Source: a virus
Taxonomy: Duplodnaviria; Caudoviricetes
DNA: 35,410 nucleotides
Reading direction: 5' to 3' (one strand)
IMG/VR virus record: IMGVR_UViG_3300025751_000058
Coordinates: 1 to 35,410 of that record
The position numbers were made by a program, and so were the translations under genes. The notes under the pieces were generated by a model, which worked only from the letters and a program-made list of their open reading frames with translations, was not told the origin of the DNA and ran no database searches. Positions 26,172 through 32,808 of the stretch are shown here, piece after piece. Within the stretch, counting starts at the first letter, position 1. Every line of letters starts with the position of its first letter.

Positions 26172-27110
26172 CTAGAATGTAAACTTGATTCCAGCGGCCA
26201 TGTCTGCTGTGTCCGTGCCTGACGTCACGTCAGTCATTTCATAGCCAGCATACATGCTGAAGTTGTCGCCGAATTTCTTCTCCGCGCCAACCGTAGTGTA
26301 TTTGTTGCCATCCTTGATCTCACCATAACCAACAGAGAAAGTGGTTGCACCGATTGTGTGCGAACCTGCCACTTCGTTAGCCTTTGTGTCCAACGATGTG
26401 CTTTCCACTGCCTTGATTGTGTGAGTGTAACCAATTGATGTCGCATCAGTTAGGTCGAACGTGACACCCGCACCCTTGTACTCCACTGAGTTTACTTTGT
26501 CATCAGTGTATGCAACACCGATGTTAAGTTTGTCAGTCAAGTCCATTGAAGCCGCAGTCTCGTAAACGTCAACGCCTGATTTACCAGTAGTACCATCAAC
26601 TTTTACCAAGTTGTTGATCTGGATTGCACCGATGCTGTTCGAGTACACAACTGTGTGTGAGTCTCTGCTGAACAGTTTCTGTGCGGCACTTCCGCCGAAT
26701 TCTGGGAACACATCTGTCTTAGATGTAACAGCACCCTTGAACACTGAGTCCTGTCTTCCTGCTGACAGCATACCTTTTGCACCCATGTCAATACCAGCGT
26801 AAGCCAGTTTACTGTCAAATGGTGTGGAACCAGAGTCATCCGCGTCGATCGCCACTTCTAACTTGGCGAAGCCGTCGATGCCCTCTGATAGGTTGCTTGA
26901 AAAGTCAACACCAATAGCAGAACCGTTGTTCTCCGCTTTCGATGTTGCCACGCCTGAAGCATTCTCATTGTTAGAGATCATGTAGTTCAAAGAACCATAC
27001 ACTTTCATCTCGGCCGCTTCAGCCGGTGCCGGTTTCATAACCGACCAAATAGCCACTAGTGCGATGATAATCGCCACACCAATAGCCGCTTTCTTCTTTG
27101 TCATTTTCAT
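26172..27110 (-). CDS. Gram-negative general porin
   Basis: Start likely ATG 27110 (SD ACAGGAG); hydrophobic signal ending 'AEA'; 'VYGSLNY', 'KLE', 'AYAG', amphipathic beta-strands, C-terminal Phe 'AGIKFTF'. Confidence 0.85.
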   Translation of the reverse strand: MKMTKKKAAIGVAIIIALVAIWSVMKPAPAEAAEMKVYGSLNYMISNNENASGVATSKAENNGSAIGVDFSSNLSEGIDGFAKLEVAIDADDSGSTPFDSKLAYAGIDMGAKGMLSAGRQDSVFKGAVTSKTDVFPEFGGSAAQKLFSRDSHTVVYSNSIGAIQINNLVKVDGTTGKSGVDVYETAASMDLTDKLNIGVAYTDDKVNSVEYKGAGVTFDLTDATSIGYTHTIKAVESTSLDTKANEVAGSHTIGATTFSVGYGEIKDGNKYTTVGAEKKFGDNFSMYAGYEMTDVTSGTDTADMAAGIKFTF

Positions 27111-27288
27111 TATAGATTTTTCTCCTGTTTGTTCTATATGATTAGTTGCGATCAATGGCCTATTGACCGCTCTGGATTGTAAGGCATATTTATCAAGATT
27201 GCAACCATAAAGTGCAACTTTTATTACCAAAATAGTTTACACCTGTGTCTTTCCAGTGTATAATTACGGGTAGCAAAGGAGGTTCACA

Positions 27289-27456
27289 ATGGGCATACAC
27301 TACGACTACAAGAACACCAGAGGTGCAAAGAAATTACAGAAACAACACGAACGAGAACAGCGTAGGATCAGAAGAAAATCCCAACAGATGCCAGAACAGA
27401 AACCAGACGAGTCGAAACCACTCACACTGGACATGATCACCGACCCCGCGAAATGA
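27289..27456 (+). CDS. Small basic hypothetical protein, 55 aa (not in ORF track)
   Basis: SD AAAGGAGG; MGIHYDYKNTRGAKKLQKQHEREQRRIRRK...; ATGA overlap with the radical SAM gene. Confidence 0.7.
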   Translation: MGIHYDYKNTRGAKKLQKQHEREQRRIRRKSQQMPEQKPDESKPLTLDMITDPAK

Positions 27457-28451
27457 TAAACCAACGCCTGTTCGATCACTACGGCATCGACACTGCCAAG
27501 GATCTGAAGATATCCAAAAGATGTCCGAGGCCCTACGACACAGTTCTCATAGACAAGATGGGATCCTGTTACGCCTGTGAGTGCCAGTCGTGGTTACCAC
27601 AGAGCATAGGCAACCTGCAGATAAAGAGCCTGGATGAGATAATAGGTTCTGGGGTGCGACGACACCTACAGGATTCAATTGCGGATGGCACCTATCGTTA
27701 CTGCAATGAGCACCAGTGTGCCTACCTGAGGTCACCAACAATGATCGATGGCAATACAGAACACATCAATCACCTGAGACTGGCCATCGACGACAGTTGC
27801 AACCTGAGATGTCCTAGTTGTAGGACGGGCATGATATTCCACAAGGAGGGATCAAAATTCGATCTCGGTGTAAGACTAGCGGACAAGATAAATGATTGGT
27901 TACAGAGTTACGAACACCCCATCAAGGTGCACATAGGATCAGATGGTGATCCGTTTGCATCGCACATCTACAGGCACTTCATGGAAAAGACTCCAGTGAG
28001 AGACAACATCAGTTACTCCATACTGACCAACGGACTGATGTTGAAGGACTTCCACCAACGCATACCACACATTATGGGCAACCTAGACACGTTGGGCATA
28101 AGCATAGACGGGGCGACAGAGCGAACATATGAGCGACTCAGGTTGGGTGGTAATTGGGAAAAGGTGATAGATGCACTTGAATGTGCCAAGACACTGAAAA
28201 ATGAACACGGGTTTGTGTTCCAACTTCACATGGTGGTGCAACAAGACAACTGGCGTGAGATGGAACTAATGGAAGCACTAGCCTACAAGTACCAAGCGGA
28301 CCGTGTATTCTTTAATCAAATAGAAGACTGGAATACAGGAATCGACATGTCTACACAGACATTCCAAAATGAGGACGAATTCAAGACGATGATTCAGCGT
28401 TTGTCGGAAAAACGTATTGCAATTTTGAACTTGCCTATCTCAGTTTCTTAG
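27453..28451 (+). CDS. Radical SAM enzyme with N-terminal SPASM/Twitch-like domain
   Basis: 'CPRPY...GSCYACEC...IGNL...CNEHQC' precedes CxxxCxxC 'CNLRCPSC'; 'GDPF', 'TNG', 'SIDG', 'YERLR'. Confidence 0.88.
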   Translation: MINQRLFDHYGIDTAKDLKISKRCPRPYDTVLIDKMGSCYACECQSWLPQSIGNLQIKSLDEIIGSGVRRHLQDSIADGTYRYCNEHQCAYLRSPTMIDGNTEHINHLRLAIDDSCNLRCPSCRTGMIFHKEGSKFDLGVRLADKINDWLQSYEHPIKVHIGSDGDPFASHIYRHFMEKTPVRDNISYSILTNGLMLKDFHQRIPHIMGNLDTLGISIDGATERTYERLRLGGNWEKVIDALECAKTLKNEHGFVFQLHMVVQQDNWREMELMEALAYKYQADRVFFNQIEDWNTGIDMSTQTFQNEDEFKTMIQRLSEKRIAILNLPISVS

Positions 28452-29154
28452 AAAATCTTTCCAGAAAAATTTTAGCGAAACGTTCATGGTGTTCTACACC
28501 ATAGTGTTCACCGTCTGCGGCCAAACTTGGTTCATTGTACTGTTCACGCTGTGTCCTACTGTCCCAATAAGGCCAACAGTTCTTTATGGTATAATGTTCT
28601 AGCACGTTAAGGCCTTTGACATGTTCATGATAGGAATCCTGTGCGAAGCAATGAAAAGTCTGACAATTGTTCTTCTCAGCGAACTTCTCGACAAAGAAAA
28701 CATTCTTTAAGAAATTGTTCCTGTCTGTGTCATCGGTCTCATGCTTTAATTCCTTATCATAACTCATAAGACTCTGTGCATAACTGTGTAACTTTTCCCT
28801 GCGACTCCAGAAGGGCCAGCACACGATAATGATCCGTGGATCCAATAATTTCTCACAGCCATACAGGATCCTAACAACCTTGTCGGCGCTGGCACCGGGT
28901 TGTCCTAGATTCCAGTAACGCAGTCTTTCTGTGTTGTGCTGTGACAGGAAGTGAACCCAGTGTTCGTTGTCCGCATTGCCTTGACCGAACGTGTGACTGC
29001 AACCCAGCACCACCACATTCTTCTTGCCACTTGGCATAGGTGTCCACTCGGGACATCTGTATCCGTAAGAGTTGACCTTGTAGTCTTTCAATGGTGACCG
29101 ATCCAGTGCCACGCTCACTGGCAATTCTCTGTCGGTGTAATATCCAAACTTCAT
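28435..29154 (-). CDS. SGNH/GDSL-like hypothetical protein
   Basis: 'YKVNSYGYR', 'LGCSHTFG', 'NLGQPGAS', 'DGEHYG'. Confidence 0.65.
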   Translation of the reverse strand: MKFGYYTDRELPVSVALDRSPLKDYKVNSYGYRCPEWTPMPSGKKNVVVLGCSHTFGQGNADNEHWVHFLSQHNTERLRYWNLGQPGASADKVVRILYGCEKLLDPRIIIVCWPFWSRREKLHSYAQSLMSYDKELKHETDDTDRNNFLKNVFFVEKFAEKNNCQTFHCFAQDSYHEHVKGLNVLEHYTIKNCWPYWDSRTQREQYNEPSLAADGEHYGVEHHERFAKIFLERFSKKLR

Positions 29155-29456
29155 TATGTGCTACCTTTCGCGTTCATCAAACGCTGATTGATCCTGTGTA
29201 CTATGTACAGTTCCATGAAGCCCATTCTTTTTTTGTTGCCAAACATGTTTTGATATTTCAACTTGCCCATCATGAGATACTTCTCATCTGCGTAAAGATC
29301 CAATCTGTTTTTGTGTTTGGGGTATCTGAATTCCAATGCCTTGTGTTTCCACAGGTACTTCACAAGTTTCGATTCATCTAGCAACATTGTCTCTGCCAGT
29401 GCTGGCGGTATGTTCTCCTTGAACTGTTTCAACTTTATGGAATAAAACTTCTTCAC
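29154..29456 (-). CDS. Hypothetical protein
   Basis: GTG start, 100 aa, TAATG overlap with the next gene. Confidence 0.55.
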   Translation of the reverse strand: MKKFYSIKLKQFKENIPPALAETMLLDESKLVKYLWKHKALEFRYPKHKNRLDLYADEKYLMMGKLKYQNMFGNKKRMGFMELYIVHRINQRLMNAKGST

Positions 29457-29476
29457 ACAATTAATTATTGAGCTTT

Positions 29477-29553
29477 TGGTGTGCCCGGCAGGATTCGAAC
29501 CTGCGACCCCAAGTTTAGGAAACTCGTATTCTATCCAACTGAACTACGGGCAC
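29477..29553 (-). tRNA. tRNA-Arg(CCT)
   Basis: Cloverleaf; anticodon arm CGAGT-TTCCTAA-ACTTG; GGTTCGAATCC; encoded CCA. Confidence 0.92.
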
Positions 29554-29560
29554 ACATAAG

Positions 29561-29637
29561 TGGCGGGAGTGAAGGGACTCGAACCCTCGACCTATCGCGT
29601 GACAGGCGATCGCTCTAACCAACTGAGCTACACCCCC
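29561..29637 (-). tRNA. tRNA-Asp(GTC)
   Basis: ATCGC-CTGTCAC-GCGAT; discriminator G; encoded CCA. Confidence 0.95.
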
Positions 29638-29647
29638 ACTCTGTACT

Positions 29648-29722
29648 TGGCGGTCCCTAGGGGAGTCGAACCCCTCTTTCGAGGATGAAAACCACGTGTC
29701 CTAACCGATAGACGAAGGGACC
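29648..29722 (-). tRNA. tRNA-Glu(TTC)
   Basis: CGTGG-TTTTCAT-CCTCG (one U-U mismatch); acceptor GGTCCCT/AGGGACC; CCA. Confidence 0.9.
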
Positions 29723-29723
29723 T

Positions 29724-29799
29724 TGGTGGAGGATACAGGGATCGAACCTGCGACCTCCTGAATGCAAATCAGGCGCTCTCCCGGCTGAGCTAATCCCCC
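29724..29799 (-). tRNA. tRNA-Ala(TGC)
   Basis: CCTGA-TTTGCAT-TCAGG; G3-U70 identity pair; CCA. Confidence 0.95.
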
Positions 29800-29870
29800 A
29801 AATCAACCAAACATGCAAGGACCATTGACTTTTTTGGTACAAATGGTAATTACGGTGAATTTGGTATTAG

Positions 29871-29946
29871 TGGTGCCGCTTCCCGGATTCGAACTGGGCA
29901 CCTACTGATTACAAATCAGTTGCTCTACCTAATGAGCTAAAGCGGC
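29871..29946 (-). tRNA. tRNA-Thr(TGT)
   Basis: ACTGA-TTTGTAA-TCAGT; acceptor GCCGCTT/AAGCGGC; CCA. Confidence 0.95.
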
Positions 29947-29958
29947 GTCACAGTAATT

Positions 29959-29987
29959 ATACTACACTATAAACCTGTTAAAGTCTA
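29959..29987 (-). promoter_or_regulatory. sigma70-like promoter for tRNA cluster
   Basis: Minus strand TAGACT, 17 nt, TAGTAT (overlapping a TATAAT), just upstream of tRNA-Thr. Confidence 0.5.
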
Positions 29988-30150
29988 CCTGTTAAACGCA
30001 CACAGAAGCACACACACGCATGGTAAAGGTGAACCAGGAGCAACTGTATATCTGCATATATTACCATTATGTGCTATGTTCTAAATGCAGGTCTGGTATG
30101 TTGACAACACATAAATAATAGTTTACACTGAACTAAAAGGAGCAACTGTT

Positions 30151-30330
30151 ATGAGAGATGTTAATTCAATACTTGCATATGCCAAGCAGATGCAGAAGAA
30201 AGCCAAAGAGGCTTTGCTGAACAAGAACTTGCGTAAGGAAGTGGAAGTGGGCGCCAATGGCACACAGAGTTACGTTATCAAGAACGGAACCAACGCTGGT
30301 ACGGTAGCACACAAAGATAAGTTCCAGTAA
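30151..30330 (+). CDS. Small hypothetical protein, 59 aa (not in ORF track)
   Basis: SD AAGGAG; TAAATA at 30112; MRDVNSILAYAKQMQKKAKEALLNKNLRKEVEVGANGTQSYVIKNGTNAGTVAHKDKFQ. Confidence 0.75.
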   Translation: MRDVNSILAYAKQMQKKAKEALLNKNLRKEVEVGANGTQSYVIKNGTNAGTVAHKDKFQ

Positions 30331-30365
30331 GCATTACTAAACACGCCTGTGGTTAAATATGGCTG

Positions 30366-30662
30366 ATGGAATTCTTGAACAGCAAAAAATTTATAATCAT
30401 GATGCTGATAGTATTTGTGTGGGTGGCAGTGTCTGGATGCACACCCAACGAACACCCTGACAAACAACCACCACACGAAACCAGCTCTGAGATGCAGGAC
30501 AAGATAACCAAGGACATGGAAGATATGGACAAAGAGCAGGCCATGAAGGATCTTCCGGGGCCTACCAACTTCGAGGGCATAGTGGACGCATTAGGTTGTA
30601 TGTTCGCTCCGGATAACTGCCCACTCAAACAGAGAAAAGACGAGCAGAATATGGATCGCTAA
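30366..30662 (+). CDS. Putative lipoprotein
   Basis: Basic and hydrophobic signal with lipobox 'VSGC'; TAAATA 6 nt upstream. Confidence 0.65.
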   Translation: MEFLNSKKFIIMMLIVFVWVAVSGCTPNEHPDKQPPHETSSEMQDKITKDMEDMDKEQAMKDLPGPTNFEGIVDALGCMFAPDNCPLKQRKDEQNMDR

Positions 30663-30701
30663 GATCCAATAAATATAGACACAACAACAAGGGAGAATCA
30701 A

Positions 30702-30812
30702 ATGTTTTTGACAATTGGATTCATAGTTGGTTTCATCGCAGGATGGTGGGTCAACGAGAAAGTGGAGAACCTGGGAGAGAAGATCAATCCCATCAAGTGG
30801 TTCAAGAAATAA
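30702..30812 (+). CDS. Small single-pass membrane protein, 36 aa (not in ORF track)
   Basis: SD GGGAG; TAAATA at 30670; MFLTIGFIVGFIAGWWVNEKVENLGEKINPIKWFKK. Confidence 0.7.
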   Translation: MFLTIGFIVGFIAGWWVNEKVENLGEKINPIKWFKK

Positions 30813-30834
30813 TGACAGCGATGGAGGGTTTAGG

Positions 30835-30996
30835 ATGTTCACAAGACTCAGAGGATGGTTCGAGGCATGGAAGAAAAATTTGTTCGATGCATATGATCCA
30901 CCTAAACCCACTATCTACGTGTTAGGCAAGAAGAAGTTCATAAGGAAGAAAGTGTTGAACAGGCCCAAAGGACAGAAAGGTCCTTATCTCAAATAA
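30835..30996 (+). CDS. Small basic hypothetical protein, 53 aa
   Basis: SD GGAGG supports ATG 30835 (MFTRLRGWF...) rather than the track start 30727. Confidence 0.6.
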   Translation: MFTRLRGWFEAWKKNLFDAYDPPKPTIYVLGKKKFIRKKVLNRPKGQKGPYLK

Positions 30997-31242
30997 TCAA
31001 ATCCAAACTTTTAAATCTTTTTCTATGAGATCGTAGAACTTTCTCTGTGACTGATTGTATGAACAGTTGTTCCACCAGTCTTGGTTGTCGATATCCATCT
31101 TGCACAGTTCACAGTCTCCCACCACCCATGTTGGATCAAACCACAATGGTGTGCCGGGTGTGGGTGTGAGGCAATGCGTGTGGAACCATGTTGGTTTCCT
31201 GCTGATGATGTAGATCATCTTGCGTTTCTCGAGAGTGTACAT
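30997..31242 (-). CDS. Small hypothetical protein with His/Cys motif
   Basis: 'HTHC...CELC'; TAAATA 5 nt upstream on the minus strand. Confidence 0.55.
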   Translation of the reverse strand: MYTLEKRKMIYIISRKPTWFHTHCLTPTPGTPLWFDPTWVVGDCELCKMDIDNQDWWNNCSYNQSQRKFYDLIEKDLKVWI

Positions 31243-31249
31243 AAAAATA

Positions 31250-31404
31250 TTTACAACACTAGTGTGAATATTATAGTTTGTTATTTGTAAATTTTGTAAA
31301 TTTAAATTTACAAAAGATTTACTCCGTTTACAACGTATGACTAGGATTTTGCGGTTTTTGTGTATATGTTTACTATAAGTAAATTTACAAACATTAATTT
31401 ACAA
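31250..31404. repeat. TTTACAA motif array with 24-bp perfect palindrome
   Basis: TTTACAA/TTGTAAA at 31250, 31285, 31294, 31307, 31327, 31384, 31398; TTTTGTAAATTTAAATTTACAAAA at 31292-31315. Confidence 0.8.
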
Positions 31405-31416
31405 AAGGAAACAAAG

Positions 31417-31581
31417 ATGTACGCAGACAAGAAGAAAAGCCAAAAGGTTTATGTAGAAAGCAAATGTGTTTCTCGTGACGACTGTTGTTGGGATGAAACA
31501 CCGGACACAACGGAAGTCGTGACTGTAGATTTAAAATCAGAACACGCAGAATGGCCAGAACACTGGCAGAGGGTTCAGTAA
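31417..31581 (+). CDS. Small Cys/Trp-containing peptide, 54 aa
   Basis: SD AAGGA supports ATG 31417: MYADKKKSQKVYVESKCVSRDDCCWDETPDTTEVVTVDLKSEHAEWPEHWQRVQ. Confidence 0.55.
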   Translation: MYADKKKSQKVYVESKCVSRDDCCWDETPDTTEVVTVDLKSEHAEWPEHWQRVQ

Positions 31582-31583
31582 TC

Positions 31584-31631
31584 ATGTGGCCAATAACTGA
31601 CGAAGAACAGGATTGGGTGTCTGGTAGGTAG
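31584..31631 (+). CDS. Possible 15-aa micropeptide
   Basis: MWPITDEEQDWVSGR; starts 2 nt after the upstream stop and ends at the hairpin. Confidence 0.35.
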   Translation: MWPITDEEQDWVSGR

Positions 31632-31632
31632 C

Positions 31633-31651
31633 CAGCGGCATTATGCCGCTG
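31633..31651. terminator. GC-rich hairpin between convergent genes
   Basis: CAGCGGCA-TTA-TGCCGCTG, 8-bp perfect stem; U-tracts weak. Confidence 0.5.
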
Positions 31652-31662
31652 ACCATTATTGG

Positions 31663-31809
31663 TTAGTTGAATGTCTTCTGTGATCCAAAGAATCTAGCGA
31701 TCCTTGTGTATAACTTGGATACCCACTCTGGTCTCGGAACCGCCCATGTCACTGCAACAGCACTGATCAGCAATCCCAATTCCATTAGTTCATGTAGTAT
31801 AAAACTCAT
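31663..31809 (-). CDS. Small membrane protein, 48 aa (not in ORF track)
   Basis: SD AGGAG; MSFILHELMELGLLISAVAVTWAVPRPEWVSKLYTRIARFFGSQKTFN. Confidence 0.65.
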   Translation of the reverse strand: MSFILHELMELGLLISAVAVTWAVPRPEWVSKLYTRIARFFGSQKTFN

Positions 31810-31869
31810 ATGTTTCTCCTAGTTGCGATTAGTTATTATTCGCAAGTACTTATAGGTGTGTGATTATGA

Positions 31870-32085
31870 TTACTTGGAATGTGGTGGCAGTTTCTTCTCG
31901 ACCCACCATATGTGTTTCTGGGTTATGGGGTCAAACTTTCTCAAACGCAGTTTCTGATTCTGCTTCTCTCCCTTACCGGGTTTCATGGCGTAGTAGTAGA
32001 ATCCGTGATCCTTCATCTTGGAATCCTCGGGTACCAATCTAACTTTTACGTATGGTTTCTTTGACTTTGGCTTTTTTGCCGCCAT
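31870..32085 (-). CDS. rpmG: 50S ribosomal protein L33 (bL33), Cys-free form
   Basis: 'VKVRLV...GFYYYAMK...KLRLRKFDPITQKHIWWVEKK' follows the L33 pattern (L..., G.FY...K, KL.L.KFDP...KH....E.K). Confidence 0.85.
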   Translation of the reverse strand: MAAKKPKSKKPYVKVRLVPEDSKMKDHGFYYYAMKPGKGEKQNQKLRLRKFDPITQKHIWWVEKKLPPHSK

Positions 32086-32155
32086 GTTGGTATCCCATGT
32101 AGTATGCCACTGCTATGAACGTGGCGATTATTAATGTGTGCCAGATGTAAAACAT
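32039..32155 (-). CDS. Small membrane protein, 38 aa (not in ORF track)
   Basis: MFYIWHTLIIATFIAVAYYMGYQHGGKKAKVKETIRKS; lies between clpP and rpmG and overlaps the rpmG start. Confidence 0.6.
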   Translation of the reverse strand: MFYIWHTLIIATFIAVAYYMGYQHGGKKAKVKETIRKS

Positions 32156-32161
32156 ATACTA

Positions 32162-32764
32162 TTAATTATCGGAGTCGTCGTCTGCTCTGCTGGAAACTAT
32201 CTTGTCAACGAGTCCGTAAGCCACTGCCTCCTCGGCGTTCATGAACTTGTCACGCTCCATGTCCGCTTTAAGTTTCTCTAACGGCTGTCCCGTTGTCTTC
32301 TCGTAGATCTCTGTGAGTTCTTTCTTCCAACGCAGTAGTTCGTTGGCCCTTATCTCGACATCAGTGGCTTGTCCACTTGCTCCGCCCAAGGGTTGGTGTA
32401 TCATGTGTCGTGCGTGTGGCAACATCATACGCTTGCCTTTGGTGCCTGCACTTGCTAGGAGTGAGCCCATGGAACATGCCTGGCCCACCACTATGGTTTG
32501 TATGTCTGATCTCACATACTGCATGGTATCGTATATCGCCATGCCCGCCGTTACCAGTCCGCCGGGCGAATTGATATACAGTGTGATATCCTTCGCGGCA
32601 TCTTGTGATTCCAAGAATAACAGTTGAGCACACAGCACTGAAGCGGTGTGTTCCTCTATCGGTCCTTCCAACATGATTATCCTGTCCTTGAGCAGTCTAC
32701 TGAAAATATCGTAGGATCTCTCGCCCTTGGATGTTTGTTCTATCACTATTGGTGTAAGTGGCAT
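32162..32764 (-). CDS. clpP: ATP-dependent Clp protease proteolytic subunit
   Basis: '[17 protein letters not shown]', 'YINSPGG', Ser 'ACSMG', His 'MIHQPLGG', Asp 'ERDKFM'. Confidence 0.97.
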   Translation of the reverse strand: MPLTPIVIEQTSKGERSYDIFSRLLKDRIIMLEGPIEEHTASVLCAQLLFLESQDAAKDITLYINSPGGLVTAGMAIYDTMQYVRSDIQTIVVGQACSMGSLLASAGTKGKRMMLPHARHMIHQPLGGASGQATDVEIRANELLRWKKELTEIYEKTTGQPLEKLKADMERDKFMNAEEAVAYGLVDKIVSSRADDDSDN

Positions 32765-32770
32765 AATGTT

Positions 32771-32799
32771 ATAATACAGGAGAATTTATAATAAGTCAA
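32771..32799 (-). promoter_or_regulatory. sigma70-like promoter giving a leaderless clpP mRNA
   Basis: Minus strand TTGACT, 17 nt, TATTAT; ATG begins 7 nt after the -10; no SD. Confidence 0.65.
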
Positions 32800-32808
32800 C
32801 CATCTAAT

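Noticed and set aside
27245-27436. 63-aa ORF in the track
   Set aside because: The other frame (27289-27456) has a strong SD and an ATGA overlap with the next gene.
29657-29842. 61-aa ORF in the track
   Set aside because: Overlaps tRNA-Glu and tRNA-Ala on the same strand; spurious.
31250-31404. CRISPR array
   Set aside because: Repeats are 7 nt, in both orientations and irregularly spaced; no cas genes.
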